A stretch of DNA of 64,000 nucleotides. Source: Bdellovibrionota bacterium (GTDB taxonomy: Bacteria > Bdellovibrionota_G > JALEGL01 > DATDPG01). Shown here one piece after another: positions 19,679 through 29,835 of the stretch. A model generated the notes under the pieces. That model was not told where the DNA came from. It ran no database searches and worked only from the letters and a program-made list of their open reading frames with translations. The translations under genes and the position numbers were made by a program. Positions within the stretch are counted from its first letter, which is position 1; every line of letters starts with the position of its first letter. Location of the stretch: NCBI GenBank assembly GCA_963668355.1, contig OY764265.1, positions 64,001-128,000 of the forward strand. Reading direction: 5' to 3'.

Positions 19679-20272
19679 ATGGATCTTTTTTCATCATTTA
19701 CGTTGGCGTTCATTCCCCTTTTTGTGGCGATGGATGCCGTTGGGGTTCTTCCGATTTATGTCGCCTTGATCGAGGGCGAAGAAAAAAAATCCGTCAACCG
19801 AATTCTTCTTCAAGCGGTAACGACCGCCGTTGTGGTTGGCGTTCTTTTTCTATTTGTCGGCAAATTGGTTTTTTCGTTTCTGGGAATTACCGTCGGAGAT
19901 TTCAAAGTTGCAGGAGGCTTAATTCTGCTCATTTTTGCCATCAACGATCTCCTTTTTGGAAACAAAAATCGACGCAAGCCTTCAGAGGCAATTGGCGTAG
20001 TTCCATTGGGTATGCCACTCATCGTTGGACCGGCTGTCTTGACGGCACTCATCATGCAAGTGGATATGGTAGGAACCTGGATTACGCTCTTGGCCTTTGG
20101 TGTGAATGTGATCTTTTCCTATCTGATCTTTCGAAGTTCAGACTTCATCGTCAAATGGATTGGAAAGGCCGGGACTCAAGGCGTTTCCAAGGTCGCCAAT
20201 CTATTCCTAGCGGCGATTGGCGTCATGATCATCCGCATCGGCATCACGGAATTGATCGGGAATCTTCCTTAG
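19679..20272 (+). CDS. MarC-family membrane protein
   Basis: FIPLFVAMD, FKVAGG, VPLGMPLIVGP. Confidence 0.9.
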   Translation: MDLFSSFTLAFIPLFVAMDAVGVLPIYVALIEGEEKKSVNRILLQAVTTAVVVGVLFLFVGKLVFSFLGITVGDFKVAGGLILLIFAINDLLFGNKNRRKPSEAIGVVPLGMPLIVGPAVLTALIMQVDMVGTWITLLAFGVNVIFSYLIFRSSDFIVKWIGKAGTQGVSKVANLFLAAIGVMIIRIGITELIGNLP

Positions 20273-20273
20273 T

Positions 20274-21227
20274 TTAGGGTTTTTTCAAAAGCGCATTGAA
20301 CAAAATGCGCTCAACCTTAAAGCGATCTCCACGCTCTTTTTGTCCGGCCAACAAGGCTTGGTCGTAATACAAAGCCATGGCCTGAAGCTTTGAAAATCGC
20401 GCTAAGGAAGTAAAAGCAACGAGTTCCTGAGGCTCATTCCTGGGAATCGCCCACACTTTTCCGGACATCGAATCTCCAATAAAAAAACGATTCGCATAAA
20501 ACTCTAGACCTAACAAAGACGAAAAATCCGGATGATGGGCAAACACCGAGACCTCATGGTCTCTGAGGGAATATTTCAAAACCGCCGCTTGCTTGGCGTT
20601 TGGCCATCCCCGAGTGTCCGTTGCCAAATACAAGTATTTCCCATCGGTCGACACATAAATGGCATTTGGACCACCATAACCCAAAGCCTCAAAATCTTTC
20701 TTTTGAAGAAGCTTTCGAAACTCACGTGTTTTTGGATCAAAAGACCATACAGTTCCCTGGCTTGATTCGCAGACATACGCTTTTCGATTCATCAAAGAAA
20801 ACGTTACGTCATTGATAAAGCGAGTCTCTGGATCTGTTTCAAAAGGTACCTTAAAAATTTTTGGAGCTTTTTGGTTGTCATCTTTGGGTTTAAAGGCCTT
20901 CAATTCGTTTTCATCTGCGACATAGAGTTCAGCACGCCGAAGATCCCAGGCCAATCCCCGGGGATGTCGCAAACCATCGTAGAGAGGATACACATCATCC
21001 TTTACGATCTTCCAAATGAACCCCTGATTCTCTTCTTCATCGTAATCCGAAAGAAAATATTCCTTACTTCCAAAAGACTCAGCCCCTTGAGGAGAATGAA
21101 CCACATCTGGAAACATAAATGGCTGCGCCTCTGCCTGCGCTCTTTCAGAAACTGCGTTCCGACTCGCACAGCTCATACATAACGACCCAACACAGAAAAC
21201 AATTCCTACAATTTTTATGATGTTCAT
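20274..21227 (-). CDS. SMP-30/gluconolactonase-like beta-propeller lipoprotein
   Basis: Lipobox-like CMSC; PRGLAWD, FINDV, GPNAIYVSTDG. Confidence 0.6.
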   Translation of the reverse strand: MNIIKIVGIVFCVGSLCMSCASRNAVSERAQAEAQPFMFPDVVHSPQGAESFGSKEYFLSDYDEEENQGFIWKIVKDDVYPLYDGLRHPRGLAWDLRRAELYVADENELKAFKPKDDNQKAPKIFKVPFETDPETRFINDVTFSLMNRKAYVCESSQGTVWSFDPKTREFRKLLQKKDFEALGYGGPNAIYVSTDGKYLYLATDTRGWPNAKQAAVLKYSLRDHEVSVFAHHPDFSSLLGLEFYANRFFIGDSMSGKVWAIPRNEPQELVAFTSLARFSKLQAMALYYDQALLAGQKERGDRFKVERILFNALLKKP

Positions 21228-21251
21228 TCCCTTGACCTTCTTTTGCTCAAC

Positions 21252-21719
21252 TTACCAACGATGATACGCAGGATGCCCCTCTTTTACGGCGACAAAAACG
21301 CCCCGGCAAGTGGCGCAAACCTTTCCATTCGCTTCCAACTCCCCTTCGACTGTGGCTCGACTTCCTTTTACCTCAACGGGCTTGGCCCTCAAATGGACTT
21401 CGCAACCCATGGGAGTGGGACGCATCATCTGAATCGTATATTCTGCGGTTACCGTACAAGGAGGGCTCTCTTGCTCCATCGACTTCATCAAATGAAACGC
21501 GGCCGTCCAGTTGCAATGACAATCCAAGAGGGTCCCAATAATGCCTCCACAAAGGACATTCTCAAAAGCATGATGATGCATTTCAGGCTGAAAAGAGGCA
21601 ACCACCCACTCTCCCTCCACAAAACTCTTGATTTGAAGTCCTTTCTCGTTGGCCGCACCACAGCCAAAACACACACCTTTGGAACCATACTGATCTTGCA
21701 AACTAACTTTCTCACTCAT
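21252..21719 (-). CDS. PaaI-family (hotdog) thioesterase
   Basis: CFGCG..N..GL, GGIIGTLLDCH, HPAYHRW. Confidence 0.85.
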   Translation of the reverse strand: MSEKVSLQDQYGSKGVCFGCGAANEKGLQIKSFVEGEWVVASFQPEMHHHAFENVLCGGIIGTLLDCHCNWTAAFHLMKSMEQESPPCTVTAEYTIQMMRPTPMGCEVHLRAKPVEVKGSRATVEGELEANGKVCATCRGVFVAVKEGHPAYHRW

Positions 21720-22464
21720 GGATTTTTCTCCTTATGGATGAGCCCGGGACAATAGCACTCTCATGACTATCTTCAAATTCCACCAACCCTTTCGAGCCCC
21801 CATCATAATCCTTGGCTTCAATTTTCAGCTTGGCCCCACGCCCAAAAGCCGTACAGCTTTCGTTTAAATTCTCTTCCAGTCCCCGCCAAAACCGAATGAA
21901 GGGATTCGTTTTCCATTCGGTACCCACATCCGTTTCATCCATATGTCCGGGGAAAATCTTCGTTTCCGGAGGAAGTCCCATCAATGTCTCCATGATGGAG
22001 TGTCTCAAATCTTCATACGTCGTATGTCCCGGTCCGCATGTCCCCCCCACAGAACCTCGAAATAAAGTATCTCCAGTAAAGACGACTTGGTCCTGAACCA
22101 AAAACGCCGATTGTCCTGCCGTGTGACCGGGAAGATGCAAAACCTGAATCGAAAGGGAACCTATTTCAAAGATTTGTTTGTGATCGAACTCGACATCCAC
22201 ATCGGAGATTAAGTTTGCTTCTCTCTTGTGCGCTGCAATCGTACATTTCCACTCTGATTTCAGCTCCAAATTGTGCGCAATATGGTCATGATGATGGTGG
22301 GTACAAAAAATCGTTCGGACCTTAAGCCCCTGATCTTTCACAAAGTATAAAATCTCCTCCTTTGATCCTCCTGAGTCGATCAAAATGGCCTCGGATGCTG
22401 GCCCTGCCGCCACGATGAAGGAGTTCGATAACCAATGAGAGTTCATAAATCGCTCGATCAACAT
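21712..22464 (-). CDS. Metallo-beta-lactamase-fold hydrolase (glyoxalase II-like)
   Basis: THHHHDH, PGHT, FTGD, PGH. Confidence 0.88.
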   Translation of the reverse strand: MLIERFMNSHWLSNSFIVAAGPASEAILIDSGGSKEEILYFVKDQGLKVRTIFCTHHHHDHIAHNLELKSEWKCTIAAHKREANLISDVDVEFDHKQIFEIGSLSIQVLHLPGHTAGQSAFLVQDQVVFTGDTLFRGSVGGTCGPGHTTYEDLRHSIMETLMGLPPETKIFPGHMDETDVGTEWKTNPFIRFWRGLEENLNESCTAFGRGAKLKIEAKDYDGGSKGLVEFEDSHESAIVPGSSIRRKIHE

Positions 22465-22529
22465 GAAAGCCAACCTATGCTCTTGGAGTTCTTCTGGTCA
22501 ACAAAAGCTTCTTCAGGTAGACCAAAGAC

Positions 22530-23522
22530 ATGGAATATCGACGTCTTGGAAAATCGGGTCTTCGTTTGAGTGCGTTATCTTTTGGTTCTTGGGTGACCTT
22601 TAGCAATCAGATGGATGAAAAAAACGCCAAGGAATGCATGGCCATGGCCTACGACGCGGGAGTGAATTTCTTTGATAATGCCGAGGTTTATGCCGGTGGC
22701 GAATCGGAAGAAATCATGGGAAGTGTCCTGCAAAAAATGGGATGGGGACGTGATTCATTTTGCGTTTCCTCAAAGGTATTCTGGGGAGGCGAGAAACCCA
22801 CCCAACGCGGGCTGAGTCGAAAACACATTGTGGATGCCTGCCATGCGGCTTTAAAGCGCTTGAACGTAGATTATTTGGATCTGTTCTTTTGCCATCGCCC
22901 AGACAAACATACGCCGACCGAAGAAACGGTCCGAGCCATGCACGACCTCATCCAGCAGGGAAAAATTCTTTATTGGGGGACTTCGGAGTGGTCAGCAGAA
23001 CAGATTTTTGAGGCTCATGGCCTCGCCAGACAATACAACCTCACTCCCCCCACAATGGAACAACCCCAATACAATATGTTTTGCCGAAACAATGTCGAAG
23101 TCGAGCTGAATCGAGCGTGCAAGGAACTGGGACTGGGAACCACAATTTGGTCTCCCCTGGCTTCCGGGGTTCTTACGGGCAAATACAGCCAGGGAATTCC
23201 CGAGGACTCCCGAATGAACCTCGAAGGATATTCGTTTTTGAGAAAGCGCCTCGAATCTCCCGAAGGCAAATTGCAGATTGAACGAACGCAAGAGCTGAGT
23301 TCCTTTGCCGAAGAGCTGGGAACCAACATCACACAACTGGCCATTGCCTGGTGCTTAAAACACCCAAACGTGAGTACGGTGATTTTAGGAGCTTCTCGTC
23401 CTTCTCAATTGGAAGAAAACTTGAAATCCATTGAAACCTTGAGCCTCTTAAATGAAGAAGCCATGGGAAAGATCGAAGGCATTTTGAAGAACCAGCCTCA
23501 ACCCAAAATCTATTTTGAATAG
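22530..23522 (+). CDS. Aldo/keto reductase (Kv-beta-like subfamily)
   Basis: YRRLGKSGL, FFDNAEVY, YWGTSEW, WSPLASG. Confidence 0.92.
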   Translation: MEYRRLGKSGLRLSALSFGSWVTFSNQMDEKNAKECMAMAYDAGVNFFDNAEVYAGGESEEIMGSVLQKMGWGRDSFCVSSKVFWGGEKPTQRGLSRKHIVDACHAALKRLNVDYLDLFFCHRPDKHTPTEETVRAMHDLIQQGKILYWGTSEWSAEQIFEAHGLARQYNLTPPTMEQPQYNMFCRNNVEVELNRACKELGLGTTIWSPLASGVLTGKYSQGIPEDSRMNLEGYSFLRKRLESPEGKLQIERTQELSSFAEELGTNITQLAIAWCLKHPNVSTVILGASRPSQLEENLKSIETLSLLNEEAMGKIEGILKNQPQPKIYFE

Positions 23523-23545
23523 GCAGACGTTGGATCTAAAAAGAT

Positions 23546-24286
23546 TCAACCAAAGACCAGCTCAAGAAACCGGGGAAGAAGTCTCGGGGTATCTTTCACA
23601 TCCATCGAATAACGGGCAAGGGTTTCTTGAACCCCCTTTTCATCCATATTGACGGAGTACTCTTTCATATAGTGATTGAATCGATCCAAATTGGTCTTTT
23701 GGTCCAACTCTGGGTGAAATTGTGTGGCCCAAATGGGCTTTCCAGGAATTCGCAACGCTTGAAAAGGACATAAGTCACTGCTCACCAAGTTTGGAATTCC
23801 TCCCGGTTGTTCGATCGTTCGATCTTTGTGTCCCATGCACCCCAAAAACGTTTCAGGAAAGGCCTCAAAGAGAGGATCTTTCTTCCCTTCTTGCGTCAAT
23901 TGCAAGGGATACACACCAACCTCCGTGGCATTTTCATCCCGGAAAATTCTTCCCCCCAAAGCCATCACCAAACACTGATAACCAAAACAAGAGGCAAACA
24001 TCGGCGTTCCCCGACTCACGCTGGCGTTTAAAAATTCGATGAAATCAAAATAGAAAGGAAGATTTTCTTTGGACACATCGAACTCACCACTCCCTCCCAC
24101 CATAATGGCATCCATGTATTTGATGTCTGATTTTTGTGGAGGGCCTTGGAGAAGATCGAACGAAATGATTTGATCCGATTCGAGACCTGTTTTTTCCACA
24201 AAGCACGCGAATTCATGCTCCTTCATCGGATCATTTAAATTTCGCGCCTGCAGCAATAATATCTTAACTCGCCTCAAACCCATCAT
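23546..24286 (-). CDS. Class I glutamine amidotransferase-like protein
   Basis: GGSG, SCFGYQ, QFHPE. Confidence 0.85.
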   Translation of the reverse strand: MMGLRRVKILLLQARNLNDPMKEHEFACFVEKTGLESDQIISFDLLQGPPQKSDIKYMDAIMVGGSGEFDVSKENLPFYFDFIEFLNASVSRGTPMFASCFGYQCLVMALGGRIFRDENATEVGVYPLQLTQEGKKDPLFEAFPETFLGCMGHKDRTIEQPGGIPNLVSSDLCPFQALRIPGKPIWATQFHPELDQKTNLDRFNHYMKEYSVNMDEKGVQETLARYSMDVKDTPRLLPRFLELVFG

Positions 24287-24498
24287 TTATGCGACTCTTA
24301 GCCTACCATAGGCAGTCGAATTGGACAGGGAAAAACCGTCGCACAAACTTTCTCCCTGTGTCACACTACGCCCATGAAAATCACCACAATTCTGATGGCC
24401 GTGATTGCCCTATCGTTCAATATGAGCGTTTATGCAAAAACGCCCAAAAAATGAATTCGACGACTCAAAAATCCCAAACGAAAAAGAAAGGAACCAAG

Positions 24499-24846
24499 AT
24501 GAGTCAAACGTATGAAGATGTCACCGAACTGAAAATGGAAGACTTAAAAGTGGGCAACGGAGAAGAAGCCGTTTCCGGAAAGAAAGTGGTTGTCCACTAT
24601 ACGGGTTGGCTCACCAACGGAACCAAATTCGACTCCTCGGTGGACCGTGGACAAACCTTTTCATTTCAGCTCGGAGCTGGCCAAGTCATTCAGGGTTGGG
24701 ACAAAGGCGTCGCCGGAATGAAGGTGGGAGGAAAACGAAAGCTCATCATCCCCCCAGACATGGGCTACGGTGTTCGTGGGGCTGGCGGAGTCATCCCCCC
24801 CAATGCCACATTGGTCTTTGATGTAGAACTTCACGACGTCCAATAG
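24499..24846 (+). CDS. FKBP-type peptidyl-prolyl isomerase (an out-of-frame signal peptide lies at 24374-24454)
   Basis: [51 protein letters not shown] before ATG 24499. Confidence 0.92.
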   Translation: MSQTYEDVTELKMEDLKVGNGEEAVSGKKVVVHYTGWLTNGTKFDSSVDRGQTFSFQLGAGQVIQGWDKGVAGMKVGGKRKLIIPPDMGYGVRGAGGVIPPNATLVFDVELHDVQ

Positions 24847-24866
24847 TTCGTCTTACCAATTTTTTA

Positions 24867-24908
24867 AAAAAACTACGCAACGTGAACCGTTCACTTTGCG
24901 TAGTTTTT
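24867..24908. terminator. Bidirectional terminator-like palindrome with a GTGAAC-N-GTTCAC core
   Basis: AAAAAACTACGCAA-C-GTGAAC-C-GTTCAC-T-TTGCGTAGTTTTTT between convergent genes. Confidence 0.7.
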
Positions 24909-25450
24909 TATTCTTCTAAAACTTCTGTGGTCTGAAATTCTACGGAAAGTTTCTTGGTTTCCCCCTCGGAAAGATCGACCGTCTCAAAAACGGACTCATA
25001 TCCATCGATTCGAAATTCGACCTTGTGCGTTCCAACATCGAATGACCGAGCTTCAATGGGCGTTCTCCCGACGCGTTTTCCATCCACCCAAACCACGGCT
25101 TCTGGCTTCGACAAGAAGGTCACCTTTCCCTGGGCAGAATCCAAGGCTCTGGCCTTTTGAGAACAACGATTCTGTTGGGAACTTAGGGAGTAGTCACAGA
25201 AGACGGCTTTGCCCTCTATAAATTGAAGCGAAAACTCCATTTGAGTCCCGGCCTCCTTGTTTTGGTATCGAATGAGATGTTCACCCGACGAAACACTCCG
25301 ATCAGAGAGAGGCGTTAGCCCCAAGGATTTTCCATCCACAAACACCTCTACAGGCGTATCCGATTGAACACTTAAGGAGGATAGAGAAAAAGCGGAAAGA
25401 GAGATCCCCCAACAACCCAAAATGACCCCTAGGCATAATCGTTTCTTCAT
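24908..25450 (-). CDS. Secreted protein with two PEGA domains
   Basis: Signal MKKRLCLGVILG; two V.VDGK..G.TP......G.H repeats. Confidence 0.8.
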   Translation of the reverse strand: MKKRLCLGVILGCWGISLSAFSLSSLSVQSDTPVEVFVDGKSLGLTPLSDRSVSSGEHLIRYQNKEAGTQMEFSLQFIEGKAVFCDYSLSSQQNRCSQKARALDSAQGKVTFLSKPEAVVWVDGKRVGRTPIEARSFDVGTHKVEFRIDGYESVFETVDLSEGETKKLSVEFQTTEVLEE

Positions 25451-25772
25451 GACGAACGGTGTAACAGAAATCGGATTTCTGTCCAATCCACCCCCAAGCT
25501 TCCCGTTGGTATGGCGTTTGCTTATAGACCCCCTAAGAGCGACGAAAAGACGGAATGGAAAAACGAGAACATGTCCAAAATTCACACAATCCTTTGGGCA
25601 TCTCGTTCGAGGAATTGGCCTCACATTCAGTCTCCTAAGAAGCCTTAAAGGGTGTGACTGAGAGCATATCGTCCCCCATCCGCCAAAAAATGTTCTCAGT
25701 CCCACCCGGCAAGGTTACTTCTCGGGCAACGAAATTTCGGTGTTTTTTTGATTTTTCGTTACTTCTTGAAAA

Positions 25773-25952
25773 TCAAAACATCATGGTCCAGCCCTTGGGC
25801 AAAGACTCCCAAAACGAAGGTTTTTCTTTTCGCTGTGGGTCTCTCTTGTCCTCTTTTTGGGGCAAATCCAATTCCATCCCTCTCTGAAGCGGATCTTCGT
25901 CTAGAGGTGAAAATGGGGGACGTTTTTTGGGGTTTAAATACGGACGTAGCAT
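25773..25952 (-). CDS. Small hypothetical protein (59 aa, MLRPYLNPKK...LPKGWTMMF)
   Basis: GAGGAGG RBS 5 nt before the ATG; sigma54 promoter ~35 bp upstream. Confidence 0.55.
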   Translation of the reverse strand: MLRPYLNPKKRPPFSPLDEDPLQRGMELDLPQKEDKRDPQRKEKPSFWESLPKGWTMMF

Positions 25953-25986
25953 GGGGACCTCCTCGGTTGGCATCCTTTCCAAGAAG

Positions 25987-26002
25987 AGCATCCGCCATGC
26001 CA
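25987..26002 (-). promoter_or_regulatory. sigma54 promoter for the 59-aa ORF
   Basis: TGGCATGGCGGATGCT. Confidence 0.6.
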
Positions 26003-26071
26003 AGCGCGATGGTTTTTTCTCATTTAATATCAGATAATTAGGCGTTTTTTCAAACCTCTCCCCTCCAAAAA

Positions 26072-26087
26072 CAACGATTTTTCGTTG
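26072..26087. promoter_or_regulatory. Palindromic candidate upstream activator site
   Basis: CAACGA-TTTT-TCGTTG; a similar CAACGAAATTTCGGTG lies at 25727-25742. Confidence 0.5.
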
Positions 26088-26112
26088 AAAGTACTCTCCA
26101 CCTCGTATAGGC

Positions 26113-27609
26113 ATGAACGTAGATACATTCAACCCCTTCACGAAAGGCTTTTTAATGCCCTTGGAAAAAGTGATGGATGCTCAAGTCAGTATTCAAAAAG
26201 AGTTGAACGCGATTACCCGTGAATTTCAGAGTTGTCCGTTGGTGGGAAGCGAACAGCGTTTTCAAAAGCTCTTTCAATACTCCAACGATGCCATCTTTCT
26301 CGTGGAGCCCTCTCAAAAGCGCATTTTGGACGCCAATCAAAAAGCCTGTTCCATGTTGGGGTATTCTCACTCCGAACTTCTGACCCTTCCCGTTTCGGCA
26401 CTCCATTCCCACGAACAAGAGAAACTCGAGAAATTCATGCAAACGATTCTCTTGAATGGAAGTGGCAGCACGGATGCACTCACCTGCAGAACCAAATCCG
26501 GTCGCTTGCTGACGATCAGACTTTCCGCGTCGCTGACTCATTTCAACAACCAAACATGTCTTTTATCCCTCGTAAAAAACCGAACGGAAGAAGAACGCCT
26601 GGGTCGAGAAAATGAAGTCCTCCATCAAGACTTTCTTCATGAACTCGGCTTTGGTTCAATCATTGCGAATTCCGAAAATTTTAAGGCGGTTTTGGAAAAA
26701 GCCAAGCTGGTCGCGCCCACAGATGCCAATGTCCTAATCACAGGGGAGTCCGGAACCGGAAAGGAGCTGGTCGCAAGAGCCATACATGAACAAAGCATGA
26801 GAACGGGAAAGAATATGGTTCGCGTGAACTGCGCTTCGATTCCGCCTGAACTTTTTGAGAGTGAGTTCTTTGGCCATGTTCGTGGGGCTTTCACGGGAGC
26901 GGTGAAAGACCGTATGGGAAGATTCGAAGTAGCCGACAAAGGAACCTTGTTCCTGGACGAAGTTGGGGAGATTCCGCTGACCATCCAAGGAAAACTCCTT
27001 CGCGTGCTTCAGGATGGTCAGATTCAACGCGTGGGATCGGAACGAACCCATAAGGTAGACGTCCGGATCATTGCAGCCACAAACCGAAACATTGAACAAG
27101 AGGTCAAAAGAGGGAACTTCAGGAGAGATTTGTATTATCGACTGAGCGTTTTCCCCATTGAACTTCCTCCGTTGAGAGAACGCCCCGAAGACATTGATGC
27201 CCTGGCCAGACACTTCATTCAGAAATCTGCGCTTCGACTACGAAAACCAGAACCCCTTTTAACGCAACCTCAAATCGAGTGTTTGAAAGAATATCCCTGG
27301 CCGGGAAATGTTCGGGAGCTTCAAAACCTTTTTGAGCGAGCCATGATTTTGTATTCGGGTGAGGCAGAAACCTTGGATTTATGTACGGTGCTTCCCCAAG
27401 CCGGACTCGATGAAGAGAGTGAAACTCCTGGAAAAGACTGGAGTGCGTCACTCACCCTTTCGGACCTAAAACGCTTGGAAAAGGAAATCATTCAGAGAGA
27501 ATTATATCGCGCAAAGGGACGCGTATATGGCCCCAAAGGCGCCGCCAAGGCACTCGGAATCAAGCCGACCACGTTGGTTTCTCGAATGAAGAAAATGAAA
27601 CTCAACTGA
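26113..27609 (+). CDS. PAS-domain sigma54-dependent activator (FhlA/NtrC-family bEBP)
   Basis: PAS (FQYSNDAIFL..DANQKAC..LGYS), GESGTGKE, GAFTGA, FLDEVGE, WPGNVREL, C-terminal HTH. Start may be 26155. Confidence 0.92.
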   Translation: MNVDTFNPFTKGFLMPLEKVMDAQVSIQKELNAITREFQSCPLVGSEQRFQKLFQYSNDAIFLVEPSQKRILDANQKACSMLGYSHSELLTLPVSALHSHEQEKLEKFMQTILLNGSGSTDALTCRTKSGRLLTIRLSASLTHFNNQTCLLSLVKNRTEEERLGRENEVLHQDFLHELGFGSIIANSENFKAVLEKAKLVAPTDANVLITGESGTGKELVARAIHEQSMRTGKNMVRVNCASIPPELFESEFFGHVRGAFTGAVKDRMGRFEVADKGTLFLDEVGEIPLTIQGKLLRVLQDGQIQRVGSERTHKVDVRIIAATNRNIEQEVKRGNFRRDLYYRLSVFPIELPPLRERPEDIDALARHFIQKSALRLRKPEPLLTQPQIECLKEYPWPGNVRELQNLFERAMILYSGEAETLDLCTVLPQAGLDEESETPGKDWSASLTLSDLKRLEKEIIQRELYRAKGRVYGPKGAAKALGIKPTTLVSRMKKMKLN

Positions 27610-27618
27610 TCCTTCTCC

Positions 27619-28227
27619 CTATGCATTGGAGTATTGTTTTTCCAATTTTCTGCCCAATCGCTTATACGCTCGATGCGCTGAAACTTTTACGGCAGAGAGC
27701 CCCATACCCAATTCCTCTGCCACTTCTTTCATGGACCATCCTTCGAATTTTATCAAACGAATGATCCTTCTTTGTTTCTTATTCAAGTCGTTGAGTGCAA
27801 CTTCAATTTCTCTTTCTTGTTCACGATCAGACTCCGGAGCTGCTGCCGCGAGATCATCCGGATCTAAGGCGGTATGTGGCCCTTCGTGCACAGATCGACG
27901 CCCTTGTTGGCGAACATAATCCACCACACGTCTCTGAGCGATGGCATACATCCAGGGAAGAAACGGACGGGCCGGATCATACGATTCCCGAGCCCGATGA
28001 ATGGAAAGAAGAGCCTCCTGCAAAACATCATCTACCTCTTCAGGACGGTAGATTCTTTTTTTCAAATAGACACTTAAAAGCGCCTTCACCCGATCAAACA
28101 ACTCATTGTAAGCATCCTCATCGCCTTCTTGGCCCTTAGCCATCAGAAACGATAACCTCGTACCCAGGTCGTAATTGGGCGTTCCTTCCGGAAAAATGTG
28201 ACGCTTGCAAAACATGATACAGATCAT
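27619..28227 (-). CDS. ECF sigma-70 factor
   Basis: DDVLQE.LLSIH, YDPARPFLPWMYAIA, region 4 VKVSAHRA. Confidence 0.88.
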   Translation of the reverse strand: MICIMFCKRHIFPEGTPNYDLGTRLSFLMAKGQEGDEDAYNELFDRVKALLSVYLKKRIYRPEEVDDVLQEALLSIHRARESYDPARPFLPWMYAIAQRRVVDYVRQQGRRSVHEGPHTALDPDDLAAAAPESDREQEREIEVALNDLNKKQRRIIRLIKFEGWSMKEVAEELGMGLSAVKVSAHRAYKRLGRKLEKQYSNA

Positions 28228-28293
28228 ATTTTAATGCTTCCTCGAAACAATCTCAATTGAAGATTTTATCAATGGTTCTGGTAAGTTAGAAAC

Positions 28294-28786
28294 ATGTCTG
28301 AAAAATTCATATCCAACCCCTTTGCCACGATGCCAGGATTCAATTGTTTCGCCTGTGGTTCCCACAATCGCCTGGGCCTGAAGTTGAAGTTTCTGGAAGA
28401 TGGTCAAGGCGTCCGGACCTCGATCACCCCCCAAGATGAGTACAAAGGGTTTGCAGACATTCTTCATGGCGGCATTCAATCTACTTTGCTTGATGAGGTC
28501 ATGTGGTGGGCAGCGTTCCAGGCCAAGAAGTTGGCCTGCTTAACTCAAAACCTCCAAATTGATTTTCGAGGGCCCATTCGCGTCCAAGAGCCTTTGAATG
28601 CCTATGCCAAGGTGACCAATTCGAGGGAATCGGGCTCAAACGGAAGGACAAATTATGGTTGGGGGCTCTCTTCTGGCAAAAGCCACCGGGACTTACTTCT
28701 TCCCATCCCGAAAGCTCTTGGCCCGAACCTTGAACATCCCCTCAAACGAAATTCCTTCTGAACTCCTGTCGTACACGCAGCCGTGA
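28294..28786 (+). CDS. PaaI-family thioesterase with an apparent frameshift near 28620
   Basis: CFACG..N..GL, HGGIQSTLLDE; the hotdog C-terminus RAQTEGQIMVGGSLLAKATGTYF continues in the +1 frame to a stop at 28786. Confidence 0.75.
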
Positions 28787-28795
28787 TTAACCCAG

Positions 28796-29794
28796 TCAAC
28801 CCATCCGGCCGGCAAGCAGCTCCGCAATGGGTTTGGTGGAATCAATTCGTGAAAGAATGATTTTGGCGATGGCCGTAATCGGAACGGCTAAAAACATTCC
28901 GACCATACCCCAAACCAATCCCCAAAAGAGCAAGAAGAACAACACGGTCACGGGATGAAGATCCATCCCCTCCCCCATCAATTTGGGCTCAATGATGTTC
29001 CCCACAAGCACTTGGATCGCCGCCGTTAAAATGAAAGCCACCCAAAACTCGCCTCCCAATCCAAACTGCAGAAGAATGACAGGAAGAGGGAGCAATGTAG
29101 CCACGATGGATCCAATGCTGGGAATGAAATTCAAGAGAAAAGCCACCACGCCAAACATCAAAGCCAAATCCACGCCTACGATTCCCAAAACAAGTCCCAC
29201 CAAAAGTCCCGTCCCGGTCGAAACCAAGAATTTTGTGGCCACGTATCGCGAAATTTTGTTTTGAATTTCAGTCAGAAGAGCTGATTTAGGTTTGGTGCCA
29301 TCGTGCCCCAACATCAAAAACAGGACGAACACGACGATCAATAAAAAGTTCCCTACAAAAGTTAGGACCCCGCCCGTAACACTCTTGGCCATCGAAAACA
29401 GGGGCATGTCCGCAATTCTTGAACGAATGGCACCTTTCTCGACAGGAAGCCCCCACCCACTCAACCAATTCATTCCCTTTTGAGAAAAAACCAAGACCTT
29501 TTCTTTGTACTCATTGATTCCCTGAACAAAAGAATCCAAGGAGGATGCAACCAGCAACACAAGAAGAGAGGAAAGAATGAGAAAGCTTAAGGCCGTCACT
29601 AAAAAGGAAAGCCATTTGGGAAGTCCAAGCCGCACCCGAAACCAGGTTACTACCGGAGCCACAACAAAAAAGCAGAAAATCGCAATGACCAAGGGAAGCA
29701 TCACGGGCCTCGTATAAATGAGGGACGCCGTCATTGCGATCGCCGCAATCATCATCAACGCCCAGTGATTTAAGGTCTCTCGGGACTGTTTCAT
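28796..29794 (-). CDS. AI-2E family transporter
   Basis: LLNFIPSIGS, GNIIEPKLMG, LFWGLVWG.VGMFLAVP. Confidence 0.9.
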   Translation of the reverse strand: MKQSRETLNHWALMMIAAIAMTASLIYTRPVMLPLVIAIFCFFVVAPVVTWFRVRLGLPKWLSFLVTALSFLILSSLLVLLVASSLDSFVQGINEYKEKVLVFSQKGMNWLSGWGLPVEKGAIRSRIADMPLFSMAKSVTGGVLTFVGNFLLIVVFVLFLMLGHDGTKPKSALLTEIQNKISRYVATKFLVSTGTGLLVGLVLGIVGVDLALMFGVVAFLLNFIPSIGSIVATLLPLPVILLQFGLGGEFWVAFILTAAIQVLVGNIIEPKLMGEGMDLHPVTVLFFLLFWGLVWGMVGMFLAVPITAIAKIILSRIDSTKPIAELLAGRMG

Positions 29795-29835
29795 TCGATC
29801 CTCGCCAGTTTGAATGGATTTGATATACCTGGGTC

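Noticed and set aside
24289..24498. N-terminal extension of FKBP in the ORF track
   Set aside because: It does not look protein-like; the plausible signal peptide is in another frame.
25451..25705. Long N-terminus of the PEGA protein
   Set aside because: The signal peptide begins at ATG 25450.
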